Position numbers and translations under genes: made by a program. A stretch of DNA of 63,168 bases, the filler included. It is 5 parts of 5 records of this genome, joined end to end, with 100 filler letters (N's around TTAATTAATTAA, not from the genome) between each part and the next. Parts side by side here need not be neighbours in the genome. Positions count along the whole stretch, not along the records: positions 29,542 to 42,077 come from SRR20825006_784; positions 42,178 to 55,661 come from SRR20825006_791; 3 more parts are not named here. One strand, given 5' to 3'. The notes beneath the pieces are model-generated. The model searched no databases. It worked only from the letters and a program-made list of their open reading frames with translations, and had not been told where the DNA came from. This document shows positions 39,660 to 48,618 of the stretch, piece after piece. Numbering within the stretch: position 1 is the stretch's first letter; every line of letters starts with the position of its first letter.

Positions 39660-40382
39660 TCACGCCGAGGCGGAAGATTCAGCGCGTACCAGATAAGTTT
39701 TGGTGTCCCGATCATAATCCAACACCGTGACGCGTCCCCCTTTTGGGATAATTTCCCCACCGGTTCGGACGGAAATCAGCAGGGGGGCCGCATCAGTTGC
39801 AAAACGTGCACGACCGAACGATTCGTCGGCCTGGCGGGTTTCGATCACCGCCGATCCACCGACCAATCCGGAAGCATGAAATTCAGTCGGTGGAACCAAC
39901 ATGTGGTGCAGTGGCCAGGTCACGATCTTGGTCGCAACAATTCCGAGAACGCCGTTGCGAATGGTCAACAATCCGCTGGTCAGGAACGTGGGGTCGTAAC
40001 GCCGCACGTCGTATCCAAACCACAGGTAAAAGCTGATCACCCAGAACAAAACGCTGAAAACGGACAGCCAAACGACCAGGGGAACTCGGTCCAGATTCAT
40101 GGCACGAAGCGTTGCCGCTCCCGTGCCGCCGAACCAATCGCTGTGCATCGGTTCGCCGGTTGGATCCATGCCGAGATCGCCACCGAAATCACCGGCTAAA
40201 TCGGGGGCATCGAGATCCGGAACGTCAAGATCGACGTCCACATCGACATCGGCACCAAAGTCGACCACGCCCAGCAAAGCGATGGCGGCGTAGAGCAGAA
40301 ACAACGCGGCCAGAACGGTGGCTGGCCACATAGGGCCGACGAGGATTGAGTCGATCCGATCTGTCCAAGTGGTCGCCAACAT
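39660..40382 (-). CDS. YqiJ/NfeD-like membrane partner of flotillin
   Basis: TM helix, acidic DVDVDVDLD linker, two more TM helices (VPLVVWLS), C-terminal OB-fold-like region. First gene of the flotillin operon, with an AGGAGA RBS. Confidence 0.78.
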   Translation of the reverse strand: MLATTWTDRIDSILVGPMWPATVLAALFLLYAAIALLGVVDFGADVDVDVDLDVPDLDAPDLAGDFGGDLGMDPTGEPMHSDWFGGTGAATLRAMNLDRVPLVVWLSVFSVLFWVISFYLWFGYDVRRYDPTFLTSGLLTIRNGVLGIVATKIVTWPLHHMLVPPTEFHASGLVGGSAVIETRQADESFGRARFATDAAPLLISVRTGGEIIPKGGRVTVLDYDRDTKTYLVRAESSASA

Positions 40383-40541
40383 GCGTCTGTCTCCTGAAAA
40401 GGAATCCTCACGGGTTTCGCGGGGGAAAGAATCTTATCACGTGGCGGGGTTTGACGCCGCTGTGGGCGCAGTAAAGCCGGAGTCTTGCCAAGAAACGACC
40501 TGTTGAATGAGCGGGGAAAGAAGTACAAGCACGCCTGACAA

Positions 40542-41927
40542 ATGCTTCCCCAATCACGCATCTTTTTGATGGACCGAATTCTCAATCCCGCAACGAATCA
40601 TCGCACTGCTTCCGCCGGCAGAAGCGACCGGAACCTCACCCGGAGCATGGGTGATGCGGCGTGTTTTGGCGGCATGGTCGGATGCGGCGAAACCTATTTT
40701 TCCGCGTTCGCTTTGGCGGTGGGATTGAGCGAAACCGCGTCGGGTTTGATTGCCAGCATTCCGCTGCTGGTTGGCGGCGTGATCCAGTTGGTGTCGCCAA
40801 AAGCGATCGCTTGGATCGGCGGCTACCGACGCTGGATCGTCGCCGGAGCGGTCTTGCAATCGCTCGCGTTTTTGCCGCTGGCGTATGCGGCTTGGACCGG
40901 AAGCCTGTCGATCGTGATGTTCCTGTTGATCGCGTCGGTCTACTGGGCCGCGGGACTCTCGACCGGACCGGCATGGAACACCTGGATTGAGCAGATCGTT
41001 CCCACAGTGGGACGAGCCCGATTCTTTTCAAGGCGATCTCGGCTGCAACAGATTTGTACATTCTCTGGATTGATGGTCGCCGGTTTGGTGTTGCAGTGGA
41101 CGTCCCAACAAGACATGGCGTTGACCGGGTTTGCGGGGTTGTTCTTCGTCGCCGCGATGCTGCGTTTGGTGTCTGCGAGTTTTTTGCACCGAACCCGGAA
41201 CGGACCGCAGCATGCGACTCACGTCGAACTTCGTCAGAAAGAGGTGGCGGAGAAGCCGGAGGAAGAACGCGTGGATTATCGATCGGCCATTCAGTTGCTG
41301 GCGTATCTGGTCGCCATGCAAGTTTTCATCCAGCTCAGTGGCCCGTACTTTGTGCCGTACATGCTGGGGCAGCTGGAGTTTGACTACGTCGTCTACGTTG
41401 GTCTGATCGCACTTGCCTTCCTCAGCAAAGTCATCTCATTCGCGTTTTGGGGTCGCATTGCGGAGGAGTCCGGTGCGGCGAAGGTGCTGTGGTTCGGTGG
41501 CATCGGGTTGGTGCCGTTGGCATCGCTGTGGATCGTTTCAACCAACCTGGTTTGGTTGGCGGTGATTCAGATCCTCAGCGGCATCGCTTGGGCAGCGTAC
41601 GAGCTGGGGTTCTTCCTGATGTTTTTCGAAACCTTGCCCGCCAAACATCGAACCCGGTTGCTGACCTATCACAACTTTGCCAACACGCTGGCCATTTGTG
41701 TGGGAGCTCTGGCTGGGGCTGCGATCTTGGCGTATTGGGGCACGACATCGCAGACTTATTACTACCTGTTCGGTCTCTCGTCGACCGGTCGGTTGCTTTG
41801 CTTGGGATTGTTGGTCGGAGCGGTTCTTCCCAAGCACTCGCTGAAATCGATTGGAATGCGAGTGCTTTCGATTCGTCCGGGAGCGGGCAGTGTGACCGCC
41901 CCGATCATTGCCAGTGCTGAAGAGTGA
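40542..41927 (+). CDS. MFS transporter
   Basis: About 12 hydrophobic segments in two halves with a polar central loop, plus GPAWNTW..IVP...RARFF and WGRIAE motifs. The start may be 40569. Confidence 0.85.
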   Translation: MLPQSRIFLMDRILNPATNHRTASAGRSDRNLTRSMGDAACFGGMVGCGETYFSAFALAVGLSETASGLIASIPLLVGGVIQLVSPKAIAWIGGYRRWIVAGAVLQSLAFLPLAYAAWTGSLSIVMFLLIASVYWAAGLSTGPAWNTWIEQIVPTVGRARFFSRRSRLQQICTFSGLMVAGLVLQWTSQQDMALTGFAGLFFVAAMLRLVSASFLHRTRNGPQHATHVELRQKEVAEKPEEERVDYRSAIQLLAYLVAMQVFIQLSGPYFVPYMLGQLEFDYVVYVGLIALAFLSKVISFAFWGRIAEESGAAKVLWFGGIGLVPLASLWIVSTNLVWLAVIQILSGIAWAAYELGFFLMFFETLPAKHRTRLLTYHNFANTLAICVGALAGAAILAYWGTTSQTYYYLFGLSSTGRLLCLGLLVGAVLPKHSLKSIGMRVLSIRPGAGSVTAPIIASAEE

Positions 41928-42030
41928 GTTGCGGTGTCCGCCAGTCTTGGGCCTCACACTGGGCTGCGAAGTGTTTGCTATTCGCGCTCTGATAGCGGAT
42001 GCAACGTTCCTTTCGGCTTCTGTATTTCTT

Positions 42031-42077
42031 CATCCCGGTAGGGATTGCGGATGGTAGCCGGGGGTTGCTGCGTCGCA
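42031..42077. repeat. Probable REP-like element truncated at contig end
   Basis: ATCCC-GGTA-GGGAT hairpin followed by GTAGCCGGGGG, directly at the assembly break. Confidence 0.4.
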
Positions 42078-42177
42078 NNNNNNNNNNNNNNNNNNNNNNN
42101 NNNNNNNNNNNNNNNNNNNNNTTAATTAATTAANNNNNNNNNNNNNNNNNNNNNNNNNNNNNNNNNNNNNNNNNNNN
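42078..42177. other. Artificial contig spacer
   Basis: 44 N + TTAATTAATTAA + 44 N. Base composition shifts abruptly to AT-rich afterwards. Confidence 0.98.
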
Positions 42178-42730
42178 ATCTGTTCCGTCGGTAATTTCAT
42201 CACCGTTCGTAACTCCATCACCATCACAGTCTGCATTGTTCCATAATGACCCAACATTCGCCAATACTTGATTTGCTAGAATGTATTCACATGGGTTTAA
42301 AGGATCAGTTCCATTGGTAACTTCCTGACCATTGGTAACTCCATCTTGATCACAATCTGAACTATTCCATGCCGAACTTGGGATTATACTTTGGTTTCCA
42401 AGGATAAAATCACAAGGATTTTGTGGATCTGTTCCATCGATTACTTCTTGTCCATTGACAACACCATCGCCGTCGCAGTCTGCACTATTCCATAAAGCAC
42501 CTTGAGAAAGTGTTATGCTCGCCAAGACAAAATCACAAGGATCTTGTGGATCTGTTCCGTCAGTAATTTCATCACCGTTAGTTACACCATCGCCATCACA
42601 ATCTGCATTATTCCATGCGCTACCAGCATTTGCTAACACCTGATTTGCACTATTGTAATTACATGGGTCTCCTGGATCTGTGCCGTCTGTTATTTCATCT
42701 TGATTTGTCACACCATCTCCATCACAATCA
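42178..42730 (-). repeat. Coding tandem repeats of 41-42 aa (DCDGDGVTNxxExxDGTDPxxPC)
   Basis: Four complete units and one partial unit in the translation, running into the contig end. Confidence 0.9.
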
Positions 42731-44667
42731 CCCAATGGATCAGATAATATATCAACATCCATGTAAAAATCTTCAACTTCTCCTGAAGAAATAGGTCCAA
42801 AACTTCGTTCATCAATTGAAGTAGTTAGAAGATCATCTGTTAGTGTTTCTGTTGTAATTCTAACCCGTACGTACTTAGTTCCGCATGAAGTGGAAACATT
42901 GTTCCAGACAAGATTTACCGTTTGTGAAGTTGCGCTTGAAGGCACGGAAACTGTGAATGATTCATTCTCACTGAATGCGCCATCATTGTCCCAATCTATC
43001 CAAGCATAAACATTTGCACTCGTCCCTGAATTATTTAAATAGGTAAGAGTTGTAGTGAAATTAGGATTGAGCGTCGAGTGAGACAAAGGTAAAACCAGTC
43101 CATCTTCATCTACACCATCTCCATTGGTTCCTGTATTATTCGCGCCAGCAGAAACGTTGTTATTCAGTCCATTGTCTGGATCAGGTTCTATAGTTCCTAA
43201 GTAAACCTCATTTCCACAGATAAAATAATGCGTTGCAGGATTACCATTTTCGAACGAAAGAGGCACATCTCCAGCGTCATAAGTACTTGAACCACAAATC
43301 AATCCAATTGGTGTGTTCGCGCAATCAAATACGGAGACCGTACTTGCCGATGAAACACCATCTCCCATCGAACCATCAATTTTATGTCCGACATAGCAAT
43401 ATCTTTCTGCGCATAATTTCATTACGGCAGTCGTATGTCCTCCAACTTCAACATACGTTGCGAAATCTGTTCCTAAAGCAAAACCATTTGGAACTTGAGG
43501 TAAGCTTTGGCTTCCTGTTCCTCCAGAAACGCCAATCATTTGTCCATTATTACTCCCCCATGACCATAATTCGCCGTTGGAAAGTATTGCAGAAACAGAA
43601 GCCGTAGCGGTCGTCCACCCATCTTGATCATTTCCAGAAACAAAGATTACATTTTGAAGATCATCGGTATCCGTTTCATTTCTTACTGGAGCCCATCCTA
43701 AAGACTCCGCTGTATTTCCTTGACCGAGTTGTCCACTTCCGTTTCCACCCATCGCATACAGTTTTCCGTCCACTGGACTAATCGCGTAATAACTCGTTCG
43801 ATTCGCTGCATTGTCCCATGTTGTGTTTGTATAATCACTCGTAAGTGCAATCATCACGGGTTCTCCAGAAAAAGGAGTCATCATTGGAGTTGCGCGATTG
43901 TAAGTGGCTATCGCTGATCCATCTCCGAGGTAACAACGTGGTCCCCAAGTGTACCATTGACCAGTAGAAGTAATGGCAAAAGCACCAGTTGGGCTTATTC
44001 TTACATCAATTACACCAGAGAGAGGTGGATTTCCTGAACTACTTCTTGTAACTCTTGCCCAAAAATTATCTCCAGCGCCGGGAATTGTCCCCCCATTTCC
44101 ATGAATTGCACCATTTCGCCCACTTACATAAACCTCCCCTGAATTTGTGAGTAGTAATAATGAACCGAAAGACGCTATTAAATTCTTTACATCTGATGGA
44201 ACTACACCAACAGGCATTAGGATTTCTTGAAATCCAGTAAGGTTATCTAATCCTGTCCCTACTGAGATATCATTTCCTCCCCATGAATAAAGACCATCTG
44301 TTGAAAGTACAAAACACTGAGTCGCGTTGTTTGCTAAAGTTGCAAGTGTTGCAAATAAAGGTACACCACTGTAATCATAGTCTTCGGCGGGAACGCTAAG
44401 ATTCGGTGCAATAACAACGGGAGTCAAGTGTCTGTTCGCAGAGGATCCATTTCCATTTGCAGTTGATCCGGCTCCCCAAACAAGGAAAGACCCATCAGGT
44501 CGAGATGCGATGGTGGTGTGAAATCCTGACTGTATTTGGTCGTAAGGTTGAAGCGGATTACATCCCAATCCTTGTGAAATTACATTTTGCGAGGCAAGTG
44601 AAATTAAAACTGTACTAATTAACCCCAATAGAGGTTTCTCTTTTATAAATCGTAGTTTTCTTTTCAT
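42178..44667 (-). CDS. Large secreted surface protein: RCC1-like propeller, GEVED domain and Ca-binding TSP3-like repeats; 3'-truncated
   Basis: Signal peptide, YSWG/YTWG/GGNGSGQLGQG RCC1-like motifs, AWIDWDNDGAF...GEVEDF, tandem DCDGDGVTN..E..DGTDP repeats. Confidence 0.85.
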
Positions 44668-44669
44668 GA

Positions 44670-45332
44670 TTATTTCGTGATTGAATAATTAAAAAAAGTA
44701 GCTCTACCCTCTGAGTCATAGATTCGAAACTGAACGTTTCCTTGATTAGATACGACTCCACTTAGTTCAAAAGCGAGTTCATTGTATCCATCTTTCAGGG
44801 TTGTTTCATTCCCTTTTAAGTTTAGGCTAATTGCTGCAACTCCTGTTGAATTCGTAGCGCGAGAAGAATACTGGAAAGGCTTACTCTCAAATGTTTTTAT
44901 CATTACTGGAACCGTAAGTGTCATCCCAGAGACGCTTCCAGTGCTGAGTTCTTTTGAAAAGTGAACGTTCTCCGTATCAAAAAACATTCTCACTGCACTT
45001 ACATCAACTACCACGATTTCATCCTTAGCCGGATGATCGCCATGAGCTGGAATATTAAAAATGATTTGGTATTTTCCTGGTTGAGAGAAAATAAGATCTC
45101 CCGTTGTTTTGCCTGTACCTGAAGAAACATTCAGTCCTTTTTTTGGCAGTACATTCCATGAAACGGGAATAGATAGTTCAGAAGAAATTCCAGCGGAAAT
45201 GGTGTCTCCAAAACTTATCTGAAATTTGTCTTGAATTACGCTTATGTCATCTCCACAAAAAATAGTGGGTGATTTTCCATTAGCTAGAAGTCCAAGACAA
45301 GTGATACAAATAGCTGTTAGTGTTTTTTTCAT
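44670..45332 (-). CDS. Hypothetical exported protein
   Basis: MKK leader with a hydrophobic stretch, beta-rich body. Ends 2 bp before the surface-protein gene. Confidence 0.7.
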   Translation of the reverse strand: MKKTLTAICITCLGLLANGKSPTIFCGDDISVIQDKFQISFGDTISAGISSELSIPVSWNVLPKKGLNVSSGTGKTTGDLIFSQPGKYQIIFNIPAHGDHPAKDEIVVVDVSAVRMFFDTENVHFSKELSTGSVSGMTLTVPVMIKTFESKPFQYSSRATNSTGVAAISLNLKGNETTLKDGYNELAFELSGVVSNQGNVQFRIYDSEGRATFFNYSITK

Positions 45333-45476
45333 TCGAAAGATTTTTGTTAAAAATTCGATCAAATGTAGATCAGACTTGGTGTTCAGAAAAGAGCTTGTGT
45401 GTCCATATTCGGGAAAACAGACAGCATAAAAGACTTTATTTCACTGGTCTACGCTAAAAAAACACTTTTTTATCTT

Positions 45477-47084
45477 CTATTTGTCCTTATTAAGGAACTC
45501 TAGGAAAGTGGAAGGTGGAAAGCCCGTTATAGATTTAAAAACAGCTGAAAACTTGCTGTGAGAAGAGAATCCTGCCTCTTCGGCGAGATAGCTAATTTTA
45601 TATTTTTTGAATGCGTCGTGTTTCTCCAGTTTTCCAATAATATAATTTACGCGTAGTTCATTAATATAGGTACTGAAGTCTTTATTCTTGTTCGTATTGA
45701 GGACGTAGGACAGGTATTTTGTGTTTGTATTGAGGATTCCAGCAAGTGTAGGTAAAGAAATTTGTTTATCCGTAAACTTCTCCGTTTTTTCAAATTCAGC
45801 GAGGCCGTTCAATATTTTTGATTCAACAGCCGATGAAATTATTTTCTTTCTGTCTGGATCTTGATTCTTCTCCTTCGCAGCATTTATTGAAAGTGATTCA
45901 CGACGAGCCTGATCTTCTTTCATTTTACTCATCACGACTTTAAAGCGTTCAAAATCGCGTTTTTTACTTTTTCGATGCCAAACAATACCCCAGAGTATTA
46001 AAATAAACAGAAAAATGGATGTTACTAATAAGATGTTTCTATTCTCGGAGACATCCTTTTCACGGGATTGTAAAGAATCTACAAAGCTATCTATTAATTG
46101 TTTTTTCTTTTTTTCACCTAACTCAAATGCATTAATGTATTTGTCCTGATAAATGCCGAAATTTTGATAGTCCTCTCCTAATTTGTAGTACTCTGTGAAC
46201 GTTTTATATACTTCTATTTTTAATTCCAGATTATCCGAATTCACTACAATTTTTTCTGCTTTTTGAAGATATTCTAATGCCTGTTCACGTTCTCCTTTCT
46301 CCAAATACACTTCTCCTAATCCACTGTAAATAATCCCATTGAGCATCGCATCTTGTTCGGTAACCCTGCTTAATCGCTCGATAGCATTTGTGTAATGTAA
46401 TAGGGCTTCGTCCCACCTTTTTAGACCAATACAAACTCTCCCAAATAGTTCTTCATTGGTTGCCAGAAAATAATTTTTATTCACCTCATCAGTGATCCGG
46501 TTAAAAAATTTCTCAGATGCTTTTACTGCTTTGTACGATTCCGTATAGTTTTGAGATTCAATTCCATAGTGCGCTGTTTCCTGATAAATCAATCCTTGAT
46601 AAAGCGTGCTAATTTCTTTATTATCAATCATTTTGCTGACTTCCTTCCCTTTTTCAAGGTACTTTTTCCCTTGATCTAGCAAACCAACTATCCGATATTG
46701 AGTTGATAAAGAGCCAGCTATTCGTGCTTCCCAATCATAGAATTTATTGTTCGATGCGATTTTATCAGCTAACAATGCATACTCAATAGACTTTTTCATC
46801 TCACCCTTCTGCTGCAATAAAGTAGAAGATAACATCAATGCTTTTAGTTGATGGATCTCCAGGGCGGAATTTTTATACAAAGAATCCGCGATGTCAATTG
46901 CTCTATTTATGTCCTTTGCTGCAATGATTACGGCCGTTTCAAAATAGATACTGTCAAAATCATTGCGGGGATGAGCAGTACTCTCCTGGGCGTTCAAACT
47001 TGTTGAACAAAAAATAGTTGAAACAAATAGTAAAGCGAGAAACTTAATGCTTGAGCAAAAGCTAACATAATTTAGGGTAACCAT
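45477..47084 (-). CDS. Transmembrane TPR-AraC regulator
   Basis: Signal-like N-terminus, TPR helices, TM segment ILLVTSIFLFILILWGIVW, then TNTKYLS, YINELRV and GFSSHSKFSAVFK AraC HTH. The start is uncertain (ORF open from 47153). Confidence 0.88.
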   Translation of the reverse strand: MVTLNYVSFCSSIKFLALLFVSTIFCSTSLNAQESTAHPRNDFDSIYFETAVIIAAKDINRAIDIADSLYKNSALEIHQLKALMLSSTLLQQKGEMKKSIEYALLADKIASNNKFYDWEARIAGSLSTQYRIVGLLDQGKKYLEKGKEVSKMIDNKEISTLYQGLIYQETAHYGIESQNYTESYKAVKASEKFFNRITDEVNKNYFLATNEELFGRVCIGLKRWDEALLHYTNAIERLSRVTEQDAMLNGIIYSGLGEVYLEKGEREQALEYLQKAEKIVVNSDNLELKIEVYKTFTEYYKLGEDYQNFGIYQDKYINAFELGEKKKKQLIDSFVDSLQSREKDVSENRNILLVTSIFLFILILWGIVWHRKSKKRDFERFKVVMSKMKEDQARRESLSINAAKEKNQDPDRKKIISSAVESKILNGLAEFEKTEKFTDKQISLPTLAGILNTNTKYLSYVLNTNKNKDFSTYINELRVNYIIGKLEKHDAFKKYKISYLAEEAGFSSHSKFSAVFKSITGFPPSTFLEFLNKDK

Positions 47085-47415
47085 AAATTGAGTGTCTAAA
47101 TTGAGCTCTTTTAACTTTTTCGAGCGAATCTGGTATTTTTTATTGTGTGGCAATGAATATAGGCTGTATGAACATTCTTCATGTCTGAGAATATTAATTA
47201 TGCAATAATACGAGTAAATCCGTTAAAATGACTCTTAAATTCAAGTAACACATACAACTTATCGATTTACGTTATTGAATTCAGTTGAAAAAATTCGATG
47301 AGTTGGAAGAATATGTGTTTCTTGCTTCGAAAGGCTTCGAGAACCTCAGCATGAACCCTCAGCGGACATGCTAAGTGGGGTTGTTTGGCGGAACTTTAAT
47401 TCCTTTCGGGTTTAT

Positions 47416-47453
47416 AAAAAGAAAAATCGCCCACTGCAATTGCAATGGGCGAT
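47416..47453 (-). terminator. Rho-independent terminator of clpP
   Basis: ATCGCCCA/TGGGCGAT stem followed on the minus strand by TTTTCTTTTT. Confidence 0.75.
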
Positions 47454-47479
47454 CAGTATTAATTATCTATGCGATGTAA

Positions 47480-48037
47480 TTACACCAACTTCTCTAATTC
47501 ACCATCTACGATTCCGTAACCTACAGATTCTTCTGCCGACATCCAGTAATCTCTACTGAAGTCTTTCATGATTTTTTCTACTGTTTGCCCACAGTTTTCT
47601 GCTAAAATCTCGGCTCCTAATTTCTTCGTTTTAATTATTTCATCCATTTGGATTTCGATGTCAGACGCTTGTCCTTGAGCACCTCCACTTGGTTGGTGAA
47701 TCATAACGCGAGCATTAGGCAAAATAAATCTTCTTCCTTTTTCTCCAGCGGATAGAATAATAGAACCCATTGATGCCGCCAATCCAGTACAAATTGTTGA
47801 AATAGGACTTGAAACTGCCTTCATTGTGTCATAAATTGCGAAACCAGAAGTCACATAACCACCAGGACTGTTAATAATCAGTTGGATTTCTTTTCCTGGA
47901 TCCATCATTTCAAGGTAAAGTAATCTGTCAACAACGTGCTTTGCAGAGTTATCATCTACTTGACCCCAAAGAAATACCTTGCGATCGCTGAGTAATTTTG
48001 AATCAATTAAATCTTGTAATTTTTTACTGTTTTCCAT
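47480..48037 (-). CDS. clpP: ATP-dependent Clp protease proteolytic subunit
   Basis: INSPGG, AIYDTM, GLAASMGS, MIHQP, RDYWMSAEE. Confidence 0.96.
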   Translation of the reverse strand: MENSKKLQDLIDSKLLSDRKVFLWGQVDDNSAKHVVDRLLYLEMMDPGKEIQLIINSPGGYVTSGFAIYDTMKAVSSPISTICTGLAASMGSIILSAGEKGRRFILPNARVMIHQPSGGAQGQASDIEIQMDEIIKTKKLGAEILAENCGQTVEKIMKDFSRDYWMSAEESVGYGIVDGELEKLV

Positions 48038-48122
48038 CTTATTCGTATTCTCCCAAACAGGGGATGCGTTTGTAACTTCAATTTTATCGCATGAAGATAG
48101 AAAGGATTTGGGGAAGATTCTC

Positions 48123-48572
48123 CTAATCGAGGCAAATTATGATGGGGAATATGATTTTCTGTTTGATTGGTTGTTTTTTACAGTCGATGGCAGGAATCCA
48201 TTTGGGCATTTCTTGAACTAGCTCAAGACAGTACTGATCGATTTCTGAATTTATCCCTCTTCGAATTTCTAGGCTCTCAAGTGTGCCTTCTTCATTCACT
48301 ACACAGGATACATACACCTTAGAAGATGTTTCAAAACCTTCGGAAAAACCTATGCACGACCAATCAATTGACTCTGAAAAATACCGCTGCAGTGCTCTCG
48401 CTCCGCCTGGAAACTGAGCTTCTGATCCACAATCGAATATAATTCCTTCTGATAATTCGATAGGCTGGCGAACGGGATCTGGAACTATTGGAGGCTCAAT
48501 AATCTTAAGCGTATCTTGATCGAAACTCGCAAATACTACAAATAAGAGAAAAAGTATTAAAGTTGATTTCAT
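48123..48572 (-). CDS. TonB C-terminal domain protein
   Basis: AQFPGG...L, KVYV, MPKWIPA, typical of Bacteroidota TonB_C proteins. Has a signal peptide. Confidence 0.78.
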   Translation of the reverse strand: MKSTLILFLLFVVFASFDQDTLKIIEPPIVPDPVRQPIELSEGIIFDCGSEAQFPGGARALQRYFSESIDWSCIGFSEGFETSSKVYVSCVVNEEGTLESLEIRRGINSEIDQYCLELVQEMPKWIPAIDCKKQPIKQKIIFPIIICLD

Positions 48573-48618
48573 TCCTACTTTATATACAAAAACTCTACCA
48601 AGAAGAAGCCTTTTTCGA

